A stretch of DNA of 64,000 nt from an uncultured Nitrososphaerales archaeon (GTDB lineage Archaea > Thermoproteota > Nitrososphaeria > Nitrososphaerales > Nitrososphaeraceae), in assembly GCA_963713605.1 (NCBI GenBank), contig CAVQMO010000010.1, positions 544,001 to 608,000 of the forward strand, written 5' to 3'. The stretch's first letter is position 1, and every line of letters starts with the position of its first letter. A program made the translations under genes and the position numbers. Shown piece after piece: positions 20,977 through 31,853 of the stretch. The notes beneath the pieces were generated by a model. The model searched no databases, had not been told where the DNA came from, and saw only the letters and a program-made list of their open reading frames with translations.

Positions 20977-22536
20977 CTAGATCTGTTTCATTTCAGCAGT
21001 ATTCAATGCCTTTACTGCAGGCCCGCGCATAAGCACTACAAGTATCGTAGCTACAACTGCTAAGACAAGACCCACAATGAAGACAATATTAAATGCAGTA
21101 GGACTTGGGTACTGGCCAGTAGTACCGTCCACCTCAATTGGTATTAGAATGGATGATATGATTACGATTGCTATTACCGGGCCTATAGCTCCACCGATTA
21201 TTCTCATGTCACTGGTTGCAGCAGAGGATATGCCAGTTAAATCTCTTGGAGTTAGAGCTATGATAATATTGATCAGTGTGACAGGTAAAAGCGCAGCTCC
21301 TACCCCAAAGAGGAAGAGTGACGCTGTGACGTCTGCCGAAGTGTCATGGAATATTGTAACGAGCAAAAAAGATACTGACATGATCACCATACTCGGAATG
21401 AGCAGTTTCGTATTGAGTTTACGTTTCTTCGCCAACAATACTCCAAAGACTGGACCAAATATCAACACTGCCAATGATAGAGGCAGCTGTAACAACCCTA
21501 CTAGGTCTGGATCAAGTCCAAGACCAGACCCCTGCGGCGCAGCACCTAATTGTGGTATCGCCGTTATGATGATATATTGTATTATGCCAAACATCAGCAT
21601 TGCTATATTTCCTGCAAATATGGCTGGCTGAAGTAGCAGCTTCAGCGGCACTAAGGGAGATTTCGTCCTTTTCTCTACTATAATGAACAGTACAAGTGAG
21701 ATAGCTCCTATTACTAACGGAACTGCGAACCCTAATGGATTTTCTGAGGCAGAGCCACTATTGGTTATTGCAATTAGAAAAGATACTAGTGAGACAGACA
21801 TAGTAACTATTCCTTTAATATCCAAACTTATCTTGGTCTTCTCCCTCATTTCTGCTCCATTTTTGTCTACACCTTCCTTCCTACCAGCATCAGTATCACT
21901 CGGACTTTGCGTACCATGCACCAGTATCTTGGCAGATTCATCGACTGGCAGTACCCGCCAACACATAAAGAGTAAAATGGCCGCAATTGGGGCACACATA
22001 AAGAAAATCGACTGCCAGCCAATGGTGGCTACTATAATCGGTCCTAATACTACCCCTATAGCCATTCCTCCTGAATATGCAGAAGTTACGATACCCTGAC
22101 CAATTGAGAACTTTCCCTTAGGAAACTGATCTCTTATGATTTTCAAAGCGATTGGCGTGTTCGCAATAGCGATTCCCTGAATTGCTCTTATGGTCAATAA
22201 AGTGGAAATGTCCTGAGAGAATCCTGCAACAGCAGTAGCAGCAGTATATATCACCATCATTAGTACCAACATTTTTTTTGCTCCAAAAATGTCACTGAAT
22301 CTCCCGATGAGTATAGTCATAACTGCTCCAGTTATCATGTAAATAGACATAACCCATGATGCTAGGGCTTGATCCACCTTGAAATCGTCAGCAATAGCTG
22401 GAATAGCAGGTGATAGAGATGTATGCATGAAGAGGATGAGTAATGTAGTCCCAGTTAGTATTATGGCTGATTTCCATGCCGCGAAAGAGATCTCCTCAGA
22501 TTTAATTGCACTACTGCTATCGTGTGCTGTTGATAT
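20977..22536 (-). CDS. MFS transporter (14-TM drug:H+ antiporter-like)
   Basis: GRFSDIFGAKK motif A; reading frame open upstream of ATG at 22428 through TM1 to ATA at 22536. Confidence 0.9.
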   Translation of the reverse strand: MSTAHDSSSAIKSEEISFAAWKSAIILTGTTLLILFMHTSLSPAIPAIADDFKVDQALASWVMSIYMITGAVMTILIGRFSDIFGAKKMLVLMMVIYTAATAVAGFSQDISTLLTIRAIQGIAIANTPIALKIIRDQFPKGKFSIGQGIVTSAYSGGMAIGVVLGPIIVATIGWQSIFFMCAPIAAILLFMCWRVLPVDESAKILVHGTQSPSDTDAGRKEGVDKNGAEMREKTKISLDIKGIVTMSVSLVSFLIAITNSGSASENPLGFAVPLVIGAISLVLFIIVEKRTKSPLVPLKLLLQPAIFAGNIAMLMFGIIQYIIITAIPQLGAAPQGSGLGLDPDLVGLLQLPLSLAVLIFGPVFGVLLAKKRKLNTKLLIPSMVIMSVSFLLVTIFHDTSADVTASLFLFGVGAALLPVTLINIIIALTPRDLTGISSAATSDMRIIGGAIGPVIAIVIISSILIPIEVDGTTGQYPSPTAFNIVFIVGLVLAVVATILVVLMRGPAVKALNTAEMKQI

Positions 22537-22643
22537 GTCGCCGGTTAAGAACGTATAATATATTAATCTTGTGTCAAAGTTGCGGGCTGGTGAGATACTT
22601 ATATAGGACCGCCTGATGCTGTGGTAATAGAAGAATAAAAATA

Positions 22644-23286
22644 ATGCAAATTTTGAGGACCCCTCCGTGGTTGCGAATGCTCCAGATTGTTCTGGGTTCG
22701 ATTTCTGTTTTGTTAGCTGCGATTATCTTGTTTGTTCCAGGCTCCTCTATTTCAACAACTGTTCTTATTTTATCCATCACTTTACTACTCATAGGAATCG
22801 AAAGAATTTGCTTCGGAGTGGTTAGAACAACAGCAGCATCTATGACAACTACCTCAACTACGACAACTATAACAGCTGGCAGCAGCAGCAGCTACAACGA
22901 AGCCATCAAAGTACAACTCTTCAAGAATCGCGAATATTGCGCTAGGACTTTTGATCATCGCCCTATCAATTGTGCTTATGGAGTTTCCAGTATTTAGTGC
23001 AGCTTTATTAATAGTTTTAGCCGCAATAGCCCTTCTAGTTATTGGAGTTGCTCGCATTATTCATGCGTTTAGGGAAGAAGATATTCATCGGGCCACCAGG
23101 AAATACCTCAGCGTGGGCGTCGGAATTCTTTGTATCGTGGTGGCTATTCTGATAATTGCCAATCCAACCACCTTCGGTTTGATGCTTCTCGTTTTCATGC
23201 TTTCTATCACGCTCATAATAGTAGGGATCAGCATGATAGTGAGGGGAGTTAAAGGCGAAGGTTACCTTGCGAAGAAAATTTTCTGA
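22644..23286 (+). CDS. HdeD/DUF308 family membrane protein with Thr/Ser-rich loop insertion (frameshift near 22880)
   Basis: PPWLRMLQIVLG...; second half in ORF 22951..23286. Confidence 0.75.
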
Positions 23287-23650
23287 GAATTTTCTGTTCC
23301 TATTCTTCCTGTCAACCCAATAAAATTATCAAGTATGTTCATAGGGGGCGAACTATAATTCCCCATCCACGTATAGTTACTAGCGCAAGGAACAAATAGC
23401 CTTAGCTAATGCTCGCTGCATGCGCTCATAATACATATACATAACGTCGGGTATTGAGATGAATCACCTGGAGATTAAATCACTGAATATACAAGTATGA
23501 GAGGGTATCGATCTCGCAGAGCAGAGGTTGTGATAGGACGATTACTAGACCAGTATACTATGTGTATCTTAATGTATGAAAACTGAACAAAAATTAACAT
23601 GTACACAAACTCACTTTGAAATCTAACTCCACCAGCATTACTGATCCTTT

Positions 23651-25417
23651 TTATTCAAATCCTCCAAAAGGAGTCAAAGTTGAGAAGATCCCGCTAACTT
23701 CTTTGGGAAGCTTACTGACTTGGACGTCGTCCCTTTCTGATATGACTAGAGTGTTATTGTCCAGCTCCTTGGACGGCTTCCAGTACAAAAGTTGGTCATC
23801 AGCAGCCCATTCTACAGACTCTTTAGTAGTTGAAGTTGACCACACGTAGAATCCCTTCTGATAGTGTGTATTTTTAGGTACAAATATCACAGTAGGTTCG
23901 TCCATTACCGTACCTTCAAGGATCACTGAGAAGTATTTGTTTTTGGTATCAAAGGAGAGAAATGCTGGTTTGGCAGAACTCAGTAAAGGATAGGGTCTGG
24001 TAGCAAGATCTAAGTGTCTTGGTTTTCTTTGAGGACCTAGTAGAGAAAAATTCTCGAGATTCCAATTATCCTTCCCATCCTTGGTATTATAAAGGTCATA
24101 ATTCCAGTAAGTAGAATTCAACAGCTGAGATTCAACTTGAATGTATTGCAAATTAATGTATGGTCTAATTTGTTCCGACTCTTGGGTTCCGCCGAACTCT
24201 GTTAGAAATGGAATTAGATCTCTTTCATACCCTGCTGATACAATCCGTTCAAATACATCAGGCCAATCCTGCTTGTATTTTGATATATTGTCGGGGATCA
24301 TGCCAAAGGATGACATTATAGCCCGAGTATCGTAATAATGGAACGAAAATACTCCTCTTTCCAGAAATTCAGCCGGCCAATCAGTTCTCCCAGGAAGATA
24401 CGTATTTATCTCCTTGGGAGGATCCATGAGTCCTTTCTTTGTATATGTGCCTTCATCTAGAGGCGAGCGTACCATTTCCATATCACCAATGCGCAGAAAT
24501 CTTCTCAAATCAAATTTCTTAGCCTTATCCCAGCCGGTCAATTTCTTGTTCATCTCTTCTGAAGAAAATGCAGTCCAATCAACCCGCGGCTCAATGAACA
24601 CAAAAATCTTGTCATCGTATTTTCTTATTTCATGGAAAGCATTTAGATAGTACTCCTTTAGCAGCTTTGATTCAAATTCAAGTTTGTCGATCCCTGCAGG
24701 ATGAGGCTCGTTAAAAAGGTCAATACCTAAAATGGCAGGGTGACCTTCACCACCTTTTGCATTCTTGAAGAATTTTATAGTCTGTCCTATGGTTTTTTCA
24801 AGGTGAGTCCTTATTGGATAGTGAGAGAGCTTCATTTCGTCATTGGTTAAATCGTTACGATAAAATGAATAGAGCGTGTTTTTGACGAGTTTATTCATTT
24901 GGTATGACATAGCCCACAGTTTATTGTTTTTCACTGGCTTTTCTGGCCTCTTGACATCCTTATTCAATGCCAGAGCCCAATCAGGAAATCCGTCTCCGCC
25001 ACATACTTCGTGAGCGATATCCTGATGGAAATCAAGCAAAACCAGGAGATTACGTGAGTAAAGCTCGTCAATGATCTGCAGCACGAGTCTCAGATATTCT
25101 TCTCCCTCTGGCAGAATCCGATCCAGGTCTGGATTAGGCGTAGGTTCTATGGCTTTCCAAGAGAGAACCAATCTAATTACATTAAATCCCGATTCTTGTA
25201 AGAGGTCAAGTTCTTTAGCTACAGACTCAATTTCACTTGTAAGCTCTTGAGTAGATATCTTCTTAGCATTAAGCGGAGAAATGGGTAGGTAAGGAGGAAG
25301 CTTGCTCCTTGATCCAAAATTTACGCCTCTGAACATGACATATCTTCCGAAAGGATCCCGAAACCAGTTGTCCTTCTTATAAAGGAGCCTAGAATCGAGC
25401 ATATTTTTCTTATTCAT
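23651..25417 (-). CDS. Glycoside hydrolase family 5, endoglycoceramidase-like
   Basis: FRGVN, GFNVIRL, LDFHQD, GDGFPDW, NEP (acid/base), FHYY, TEFG (nucleophile), RPYP plus beta-sandwich C-domain. Confidence 0.88.
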   Translation of the reverse strand: MNKKNMLDSRLLYKKDNWFRDPFGRYVMFRGVNFGSRSKLPPYLPISPLNAKKISTQELTSEIESVAKELDLLQESGFNVIRLVLSWKAIEPTPNPDLDRILPEGEEYLRLVLQIIDELYSRNLLVLLDFHQDIAHEVCGGDGFPDWALALNKDVKRPEKPVKNNKLWAMSYQMNKLVKNTLYSFYRNDLTNDEMKLSHYPIRTHLEKTIGQTIKFFKNAKGGEGHPAILGIDLFNEPHPAGIDKLEFESKLLKEYYLNAFHEIRKYDDKIFVFIEPRVDWTAFSSEEMNKKLTGWDKAKKFDLRRFLRIGDMEMVRSPLDEGTYTKKGLMDPPKEINTYLPGRTDWPAEFLERGVFSFHYYDTRAIMSSFGMIPDNISKYKQDWPDVFERIVSAGYERDLIPFLTEFGGTQESEQIRPYINLQYIQVESQLLNSTYWNYDLYNTKDGKDNWNLENFSLLGPQRKPRHLDLATRPYPLLSSAKPAFLSFDTKNKYFSVILEGTVMDEPTVIFVPKNTHYQKGFYVWSTSTTKESVEWAADDQLLYWKPSKELDNNTLVISERDDVQVSKLPKEVSGIFSTLTPFGGFE

Positions 25418-25863
25418 GCGGCTACCTAACAGTAAATTGCAGGCGGTAATATAAATTTCGATCAGAGTGATGTTGTCAGCCTGACTTTCAATTCCCCCAT
25501 TATGTCGAAAAGAGACAAGTTAGATGTCAAAAGTGCAAGCAATAAGTTTTTTTACCTAGCATCTGTAAATGAAATGAAGTCTAAGCGGATAAGAAAGCCT
25601 GAAGCATCACATGAAAGTTCAGCTTACAAATGAAAGAAATACAACTTTAAATTGGAAGGATAGTGGCAACTCCCGATATAGACGTCGAAATTGCATTATG
25701 ATCATCATTATAGTCATTATAGATGTTACGATGCTTGGGCTTGTTCTTGTTTTTATCAATATTCTACGCTCTTTACGTTATTCCCTGATTATTTCATGGA
25801 ACGTGTCCTTTGTAATTACCGATGAACAGGAACAAAAACGACCAGATGATAGGATAAGGGTTT

Positions 25864-27261
25864 GTGTGCGTGTACATGAGTAATGGTATAGGGATCCCAG
25901 ATTCTACTCAAATCAATGAGTTTGCGAATAGTAGTAACCCAGGACCGAGCAGTGACATCAGTCAGTCAGGTTCATGGAATACCAAGAGGATTGTAATCCA
26001 TGTTGATCTAAATTCATTTTATCCCTCGTGTGAAGAGTTACGTTTGCCGCTGTTAGTGGGTAAACCACATGCGGTAATTATGACACATGAAGAGCAAGGC
26101 CGAATCACAAAAGGAGTGGTAGCCTCATGCTCGTACGAAGCAAAGAAACTGGGAGTAAAATCTGCTATGCCCCTACCCTCAGCGTTAAAAGCCTGTCCCG
26201 ACCTTGTCCTTAATCGGGTAGATATTCCGTACTACGCAACGATCTCTGAGAAGGTAATGAACGTATTGCAGGATTACTCTGATATTTTGGAACAGACCAG
26301 CATCGATGAAGCCTACTTAGACTGTTCTGACAAGATCCATGCTCTAGCCATACTTAAGGATCAAGGGAATGATCCTGGTGATTCGACCCTAGCATCTCGG
26401 CCAACAAAGCGAGAAAGTGAGTCAATATCCAATTTGAGCGATTCACATCTAATCGAGGACTTTGCGAGATTGATCAAAAATAAGATAAAGATAGAATGTG
26501 GTCTTCTAACTTCAGTTGGGGTAGCTCCTACTAAATCAATTGCTAAGATTGCTTCCGACTTTAGAAAACCAGACGGACTCACGATAGTTCCTCCAACAGC
26601 GGTTCCTAATTTCCTTGAAAACCTCGAAGTAGAGAGAATTTCAGGTGTCGGGACCATAACTAAAAAATCATTGAAACGGATGGGTATCGAAACGATCGGA
26701 CAACTTGCAAGAGCTGATGTCCAAACCCTTGTGCAGGGATTCGGTAATAAGTATGGGATACGTATGTGGAAGATTGCCAAAGGCCTAGACGAGGATCCGG
26801 TTCGATCTAGAGGTGAACGTATTTCTTTGAGTACCGAATACACATTACCTGATTTTACAAGAGATCAACAAAGGTTACTTGTTTATTTTAATGCATTAAC
26901 AGATGAGCTGTTTAGGAGGATACAAAGAAAAGGGTATCAATTTCGTACGGTAGGTATTAAACTGGTACATGCAGATTTTGTAGTTGAAACAAGAGAGAGA
27001 TCATATTTACGCCATCAGGAGACCAAACAAAGTATTAGCAACGCTATACCAGGACTTCTACAGAGGTTCTATTCCACAGTCGCAGAAAGACAAGAAGGGC
27101 AAGTTGCCAATAACATCATGGAGAACGGGCCCTCAAATAGTGGTACTGAGCTTTTCATTAACGTTCCTATTAGAAAGATCGGCATAAAGATATCAAACCT
27201 GATACCAAAGAGAGGATCAGGCCTGGAAGAAGGCCAATCAAGTATACTTGATTATCTTTAA
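25864..27261 (+). CDS. dinB: Y-family DNA polymerase IV (DinB/Dpo4)
   Basis: HVDLNSFY, SYEAK, SIDEAYLD, AKIASDFRKPDG. Confidence 0.95.
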   Translation: MCVYMSNGIGIPDSTQINEFANSSNPGPSSDISQSGSWNTKRIVIHVDLNSFYPSCEELRLPLLVGKPHAVIMTHEEQGRITKGVVASCSYEAKKLGVKSAMPLPSALKACPDLVLNRVDIPYYATISEKVMNVLQDYSDILEQTSIDEAYLDCSDKIHALAILKDQGNDPGDSTLASRPTKRESESISNLSDSHLIEDFARLIKNKIKIECGLLTSVGVAPTKSIAKIASDFRKPDGLTIVPPTAVPNFLENLEVERISGVGTITKKSLKRMGIETIGQLARADVQTLVQGFGNKYGIRMWKIAKGLDEDPVRSRGERISLSTEYTLPDFTRDQQRLLVYFNALTDELFRRIQRKGYQFRTVGIKLVHADFVVETRERSYLRHQETKQSISNAIPGLLQRFYSTVAERQEGQVANNIMENGPSNSGTELFINVPIRKIGIKISNLIPKRGSGLEEGQSSILDYL

Positions 27262-27321
27262 ATTCTGCAAACGTGATCTAGATACCAAAACCAGTAATAA
27301 TTTTTGGGAAAACTCTTCATG

Positions 27322-27642
27322 TCACATACCTGTTATCTCAGGCTTCTTCAGCTCAATCAAAACTTTATCACCTACCTTTAGGCCAAGATCTTCATACTCT
27401 CTCATACTCAGCTTGAATGTTGGTGCATCAGCTACCCCTATACCACTGCCCAGAACGTTTGACATAGCTTTAGGTAGGTTTTTCATTAACTCTTCTGGAG
27501 AGGAAAAGGTCATTGCCTTAACTCCAAAAGGGTTCATTGACTGTTGCCTGTCCCCTGGCGCCTGGTCCACGAAGCTAACGTGTACGTAGGGCTTCCCATC
27601 GTGAGACGCTTCTATTCTTGATACGATAAATTCTTTAATCAT
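27322..27642 (-). CDS. Conserved-looking archaeal hypothetical protein
   Basis: 106-aa ORF ending EYEDLGLKVGDKV; upstream TATA (TTATAAG). Confidence 0.7.
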   Translation of the reverse strand: MIKEFIVSRIEASHDGKPYVHVSFVDQAPGDRQQSMNPFGVKAMTFSSPEELMKNLPKAMSNVLGSGIGVADAPTFKLSMREYEDLGLKVGDKVLIELKKPEITGM

Positions 27643-28092
27643 TTAACTACACTACAAGAAGAGAGAATAACTTATAAGCCTTGACTATTGCGGAAAATGT
27701 ATTTAATTGTTATCTATAAATTTATATTTCAGATGGATTTTCCAATGGGGGATAAATTGAGTTGGTCGAGCATCAATTCTTTGGAAGACAACGGAGGTAC
27801 TTACTTTGAATTTTACAATGTCTTTTCATTCCTTTAATATCGGCACTAATAGCATTCCTCAATTATTACGATAACGTCAATGGTGTTTCCTTTTTTGTTG
27901 GACATTCACTATTTTTTGTTATTTGATCCTAATTGCTTTCTATGACTGCCAGGTCAAACCAGAATTTCAGCAATTATGAGTATATGTTCGCTCTTATTGT
28001 CACTGAAAAGATATTATAGTAAATATTTATTCACATTCCATATTGAAGGGAGTGAATACATTATTCATGAACTTGCAATTAGGCTATAGGTA

Positions 28093-28621
28093 GTGATAAC
28101 TACCATATTAGCAGCTGGGACTTGGCAGCGATGTCCTCAATTTGTTCGGCCTACTTTTGCTAGCAATTTCGAGATATCTGAAGTATTTCGCACCTCCCTT
28201 ACTAGCGATGTAGATATTACTAGGGTAAATACAGATGCGACCGGGGAATCTCAATTCGAGTCGAATGCACAAGCAGCTGCATTGGGAGAATTAGCTACAG
28301 CTACAGCTGTCAAGCAGTGACAATTCAAATGAAATAACGTCCAAAATATCGAAGGAGGTTACTGCCATTCGTATCCATGAGGGGCGGAGCAATGAAAATG
28401 GTCCAGTAATTGCGTCGTTATTTGAACCTCAAACACCACCTGGGAATATAAGCGGAGGACTGGGGAGAGGAACGGTAAGTGCTGACATTCTAGAAGGCCC
28501 CCTGGTAGACAAGTAAATTTCAGATCTACTCAATCCTTTCGACGGCGACGAGGCCTATGCCAACATTCACACAGCTGCTAATCTGGACGGTGAAATCAGG
28601 GAAACAATTCAGCAAGGTTAG
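28093..28621 (+). pseudogene. CHRD-domain secreted protein pseudogene
   Basis: VTAIRIHEGRSNENGPVIASLF...LEGPLVDK*ISDL...AYANIHT...GEIRETI; in-frame TAA at 28514 plus frameshifts. Confidence 0.8.
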
Positions 28622-28809
28622 CTAGCGTGTAATACATCTAATATCTGTAGCTCTCGATTAATAGTGGCTAATTTGATAAGTAGTATTGTAGTATATCGCC
28701 CTCTCGAGCAGGCTAGAAAATTATATATGTTATTGAATCACGCCAAATAAATACGTCATCGAAATAAACACTTTTAAGTTGATTACTTGAGCAGCAGAGG
28801 TGTCGTAAT

Positions 28810-29631
28810 ATGATTGAAGCACGGTTTGAATTAATTTATCCCAACTCTTCATTGCCTGACTCTAAATTCCCCAACCTTATTTGCGGCTTCCCCGGGAGTG
28901 GTTATGTAGGCAAACTTGCAGTAGATCATCTAATAGATGAATTGAGCGCAAAACACTTAGTAGATATTTACTCAAATACATTTCCACCGCAAGTTCTGAT
29001 TAAGCCAGATGGGACTGTGGATCTTATCAGAAACGCGATATTCTATTATGAATCACCAATCTCACCGTCTTTGAACATGATGTTCTTGACTGGAGACTCA
29101 CAACCTTCTAATCCTGATGCGGGATACCTCTTGGCCGAGACAATTCTCGGAATTGCATCTAAATTTTCTGTTCTACACGTATATACGTTGGCAGCATATA
29201 TCACTGGAGTATTTGTCCAGAAGCCTCGAGTATTTTGTACGGCTTCCGACATGGAAAGTCTTAGAGATATCAATACTGCTGATATTGCCGTTATGGATAG
29301 TGGGGCAGTAACAGGCATGAACGGACTGGTAGTGGGATTGGCCAAATTGAAAGGGATGCGAGGTACATGTCTACTGGGCGAGACCTCCGGCTATGTTGTT
29401 GATGCAAAAGCATCAAGGTCATTGTTGGAAGTCTTGACGACGAGACTTGGTGTTGAGATTAGTATGGACGCCCTAGATGCGAGAGCGAAAGACACAGAAA
29501 CGTTGATAAAAACAATTGAACAGCAGATGGGGGAGGCTTCAGGCGTAAGACATGAAGGGGGAGAGCAAACCTCACAAACTAATCCTCGTAACACGGGGTA
29601 TATCAGACTGAAGGCGATTAGTTGCAGGTAA
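28810..29631 (+). CDS. PAC2-family proteasome assembly chaperone
   Basis: GFPGSGYVGKLAVDHL, CLLGETSGY; true stop probably near 29610 (1-nt insertion). Confidence 0.9.
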   Translation: MIEARFELIYPNSSLPDSKFPNLICGFPGSGYVGKLAVDHLIDELSAKHLVDIYSNTFPPQVLIKPDGTVDLIRNAIFYYESPISPSLNMMFLTGDSQPSNPDAGYLLAETILGIASKFSVLHVYTLAAYITGVFVQKPRVFCTASDMESLRDINTADIAVMDSGAVTGMNGLVVGLAKLKGMRGTCLLGETSGYVVDAKASRSLLEVLTTRLGVEISMDALDARAKDTETLIKTIEQQMGEASGVRHEGGEQTSQTNPRNTGYIRLKAISCR

Positions 29632-29683
29632 TATTGGGCTCCAATATTGAATGCTCCATTATGGCGTCGAGATGCGTAAATTG

Positions 29684-29971
29684 CTATACCTTCTTAAGCT
29701 TTCCATATCGACCTATGTTCAGGCTGTTATCTCCCCTGAAAGCTTGAGTATATCCATTCTCAATAACGACAGTATCACCCTCTTGGACCATATCTATTTG
29801 GTCATCCCAAAGTGACAGCTTTATACTTCCACTATCATCTGTTATAACAGCATCTGCTACTCGTGCAGTGCCTCCCGCTCTTAAGTTTACGGTTCTTGGC
29901 TCTGCTATGCTTTCTATCTTTCCTTCTACACTTACACCCCTAATGCCAGGCGTTAGTTCAGTTATCTTCAT
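29684..29971 (-). CDS. ssb: Single-stranded DNA-binding OB-fold protein (SSB/RPA)
   Basis: VADAVITDDSGSIKLSLW, NGY...LNIGRYG. Confidence 0.9.
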   Translation of the reverse strand: MKITELTPGIRGVSVEGKIESIAEPRTVNLRAGGTARVADAVITDDSGSIKLSLWDDQIDMVQEGDTVVIENGYTQAFRGDNSLNIGRYGKLKKV

Positions 29972-30119
29972 TTCTTTAATTAGCTATTGGTCATCCAAAA
30001 TAAATATTACGTCCCCAAATCTATGCCATTTATACCAAATTTGAATTCGATTAAATTTTTATCAAGGGACCTTCTCAGTATAATGGAAACAAAACCTGAT
30101 GCTTCAAATCACGCATTGA

Positions 30120-30225
30120 GGAGGGGTAGCGAAGCCTGGTCAACCGCGCAGGACTCAAGATTAGACGATTCAGATGGGTGATCCCGTCCCTAAGGGGTTC
30201 GTGGGTTCGAATCCCACCCCCTCCA
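30120..30225 (+). tRNA. tRNA-Leu(CAA) with 21-nt intron (30160-30180) at canonical 37/38
   Basis: Acceptor GGAGGGG/CCCCTCC-A, long variable arm, GTGGG-TTCGAAT-CCCAC T arm, BHB helix CTCA/TGGG. Confidence 0.93.
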
Positions 30226-30440
30226 ATCCTTAAAAAGGCAATTGATTCGCTGCAGATCAATTCTAGCTCACGAATTCTTTCTCTTATGCGCCTTAATTAT
30301 CAGATGGGAGCGGTCTAAGTGCTAGGCTGAGACAAGGTTATCTTATTGAGATGAATGATAGTAGATCTTTACCGATTCCAAAATATACCACCTGCCGACA
30401 TAGACTTTCCCTGTCAGTTAGAAGCGGCCGCAGTAGCCAC

Positions 30441-31853
30441 TCACTTCTCTATAACGTAGAAATCGTAAATCGGTGTCCCCTCATTTCGGTTGTTTCTGAA
30501 CGTATATTCTATAATTGAATAAAAAGCTGGAAATGTCTCTACAAGACCTATAATTGGGCATAAAAATAGAGTTTGAAAGTGAAAGAGAATTTTTTTCGAT
30601 AACGAAATCTCACTAAAGCGAAGATTCTGGAATAATCCGAATTGATATGAGAACAACCATGTAACCGACGAGAACAGAAGGAGTAACCCTGTAGCGAACT
30701 CGATTGGTCCTGCGGTAGTCCAATTATGTAATGCAGAATTGGAATAGAATTGCTGGAATGCTAGGTTAAGATTATCTATAAAAGAATTTAAGATACTCTC
30801 ACTCGCAAGGCCATCACCAGTATGAGTACCGGCAAAAGTAAAAAATGATATTATGATTGGTAGATTTACATAAAGGGAGATAATTGTTGATAGGAGCCCA
30901 GCAGCAAATCCTAAGAAATACGTCAGGAGCTTGTATGATAGCTTGACTCTGTGAATAATTGAAAATTTATCAACATTTTGAAGGCTTCCTAGAACCCACC
31001 TTCTACGCTGCATAAAATGATCCTTAATATTAAGGGGAGGTTGCTCCAGTAAGACTCCACCATGCCAGCCCAAAGAATTTGAACCATACTTCTCATATAC
31101 TAAGTAGCCAAACAACTGATCTTCAGCCAGCGTGGGACCAAAATTCCACCCGATGTTGTCCTCCACATCAGATCGTACCAGGAGATTGCTACCATGCATA
31201 TGTAATGGTGGAGTCTTGATCACAACTTTGTTTGTCATTTGAGAGACACAATCATAACATGTGAACGGTCGAATCGATTCTGCCAACGCAGTTAAAACAT
31301 TGGCATTTTCAAATTTGAGAGGGTAAAAGATGGGTCCCTCGGAGGCTACTCCCTTTCCATCTCGTATAAACTTCAAGAGGGACAAAATTGTTTGAGAGGT
31401 AACAAAGCTCTCATCATCCATATGATAAATCCAGATTTGTTTCTTGTTTTCGTCCCGGGATTTTCTATATAGAAGCGCATACTGAAGCGCTCTTCCTTTC
31501 TTAATAGCAGACGTTCTGAACGATTTCGGAACGACCACCACCTCACAACCGAATTCTTCAAGTTCTAAATTATCGGCAGGGTCATCAGTAATTACTGATA
31601 TCTTAAATTTATCATACTCTATCTCCCTGCATGATTCAATTATTGATTGTATTCCTCTCTTGACTACCGGGGTTTTTGTCGCAGACCTCGTAGTAATTTG
31701 AAATATAATCTTAGGGTCATTCCTGATCCTCCTAAGATCAGAGGTTATAAACACGCTTCTGTTTGTAATAAATCTTAAGACGGCAAGAACTGCAATTGGG
31801 ATATTGACTAACCATAAAAAGGTTAACAATCCAGCTAAAAGAGTCTCTTGCAA
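30441..31853 (-). CDS. Membrane GT2 glycosyltransferase (egghead/beta-1,4-mannosyltransferase-like)
   Basis: KGRALQY, HMDDES, HGSNLL, AED, QRRRW motifs; C-terminal TMs. Confidence 0.88.
   Translation of the reverse strand: MQETLLAGLLTFLWLVNIPIAVLAVLRFITNRSVFITSDLRRIRNDPKIIFQITTRSATKTPVVKRGIQSIIESCREIEYDKFKISVITDDPADNLELEEFGCEVVVVPKSFRTSAIKKGRALQYALLYRKSRDENKKQIWIYHMDDESFVTSQTILSLLKFIRDGKGVASEGPIFYPLKFENANVLTALAESIRPFTCYDCVSQMTNKVVIKTPPLHMHGSNLLVRSDVEDNIGWNFGPTLAEDQLFGYLVYEKYGSNSLGWHGGVLLEQPPLNIKDHFMQRRRWVLGSLQNVDKFSIIHRVKLSYKLLTYFLGFAAGLLSTIISLYVNLPIIISFFTFAGTHTGDGLASESILNSFIDNLNLAFQQFYSNSALHNWTTAGPIEFATGLLLLFSSVTWLFSYQFGLFQNLRFSEISLSKKILFHFQTLFLCPIIGLVETFPAFYSIIEYTFRNNRNEGTPIYDFYVIEK

Noticed and set aside
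21077..22099. Long antisense ORFs opposite the MFS (and similar ones opposite HdeD and lys genes)
   Set aside because: Typical antisense shadows of hydrophobic or real genes, with no independent motifs
29987..30260. ORFs overlapping tRNA-Leu (likewise ORF 48033..48332 over tRNA-Ile)
   Set aside because: Shadow ORFs of tRNA genes
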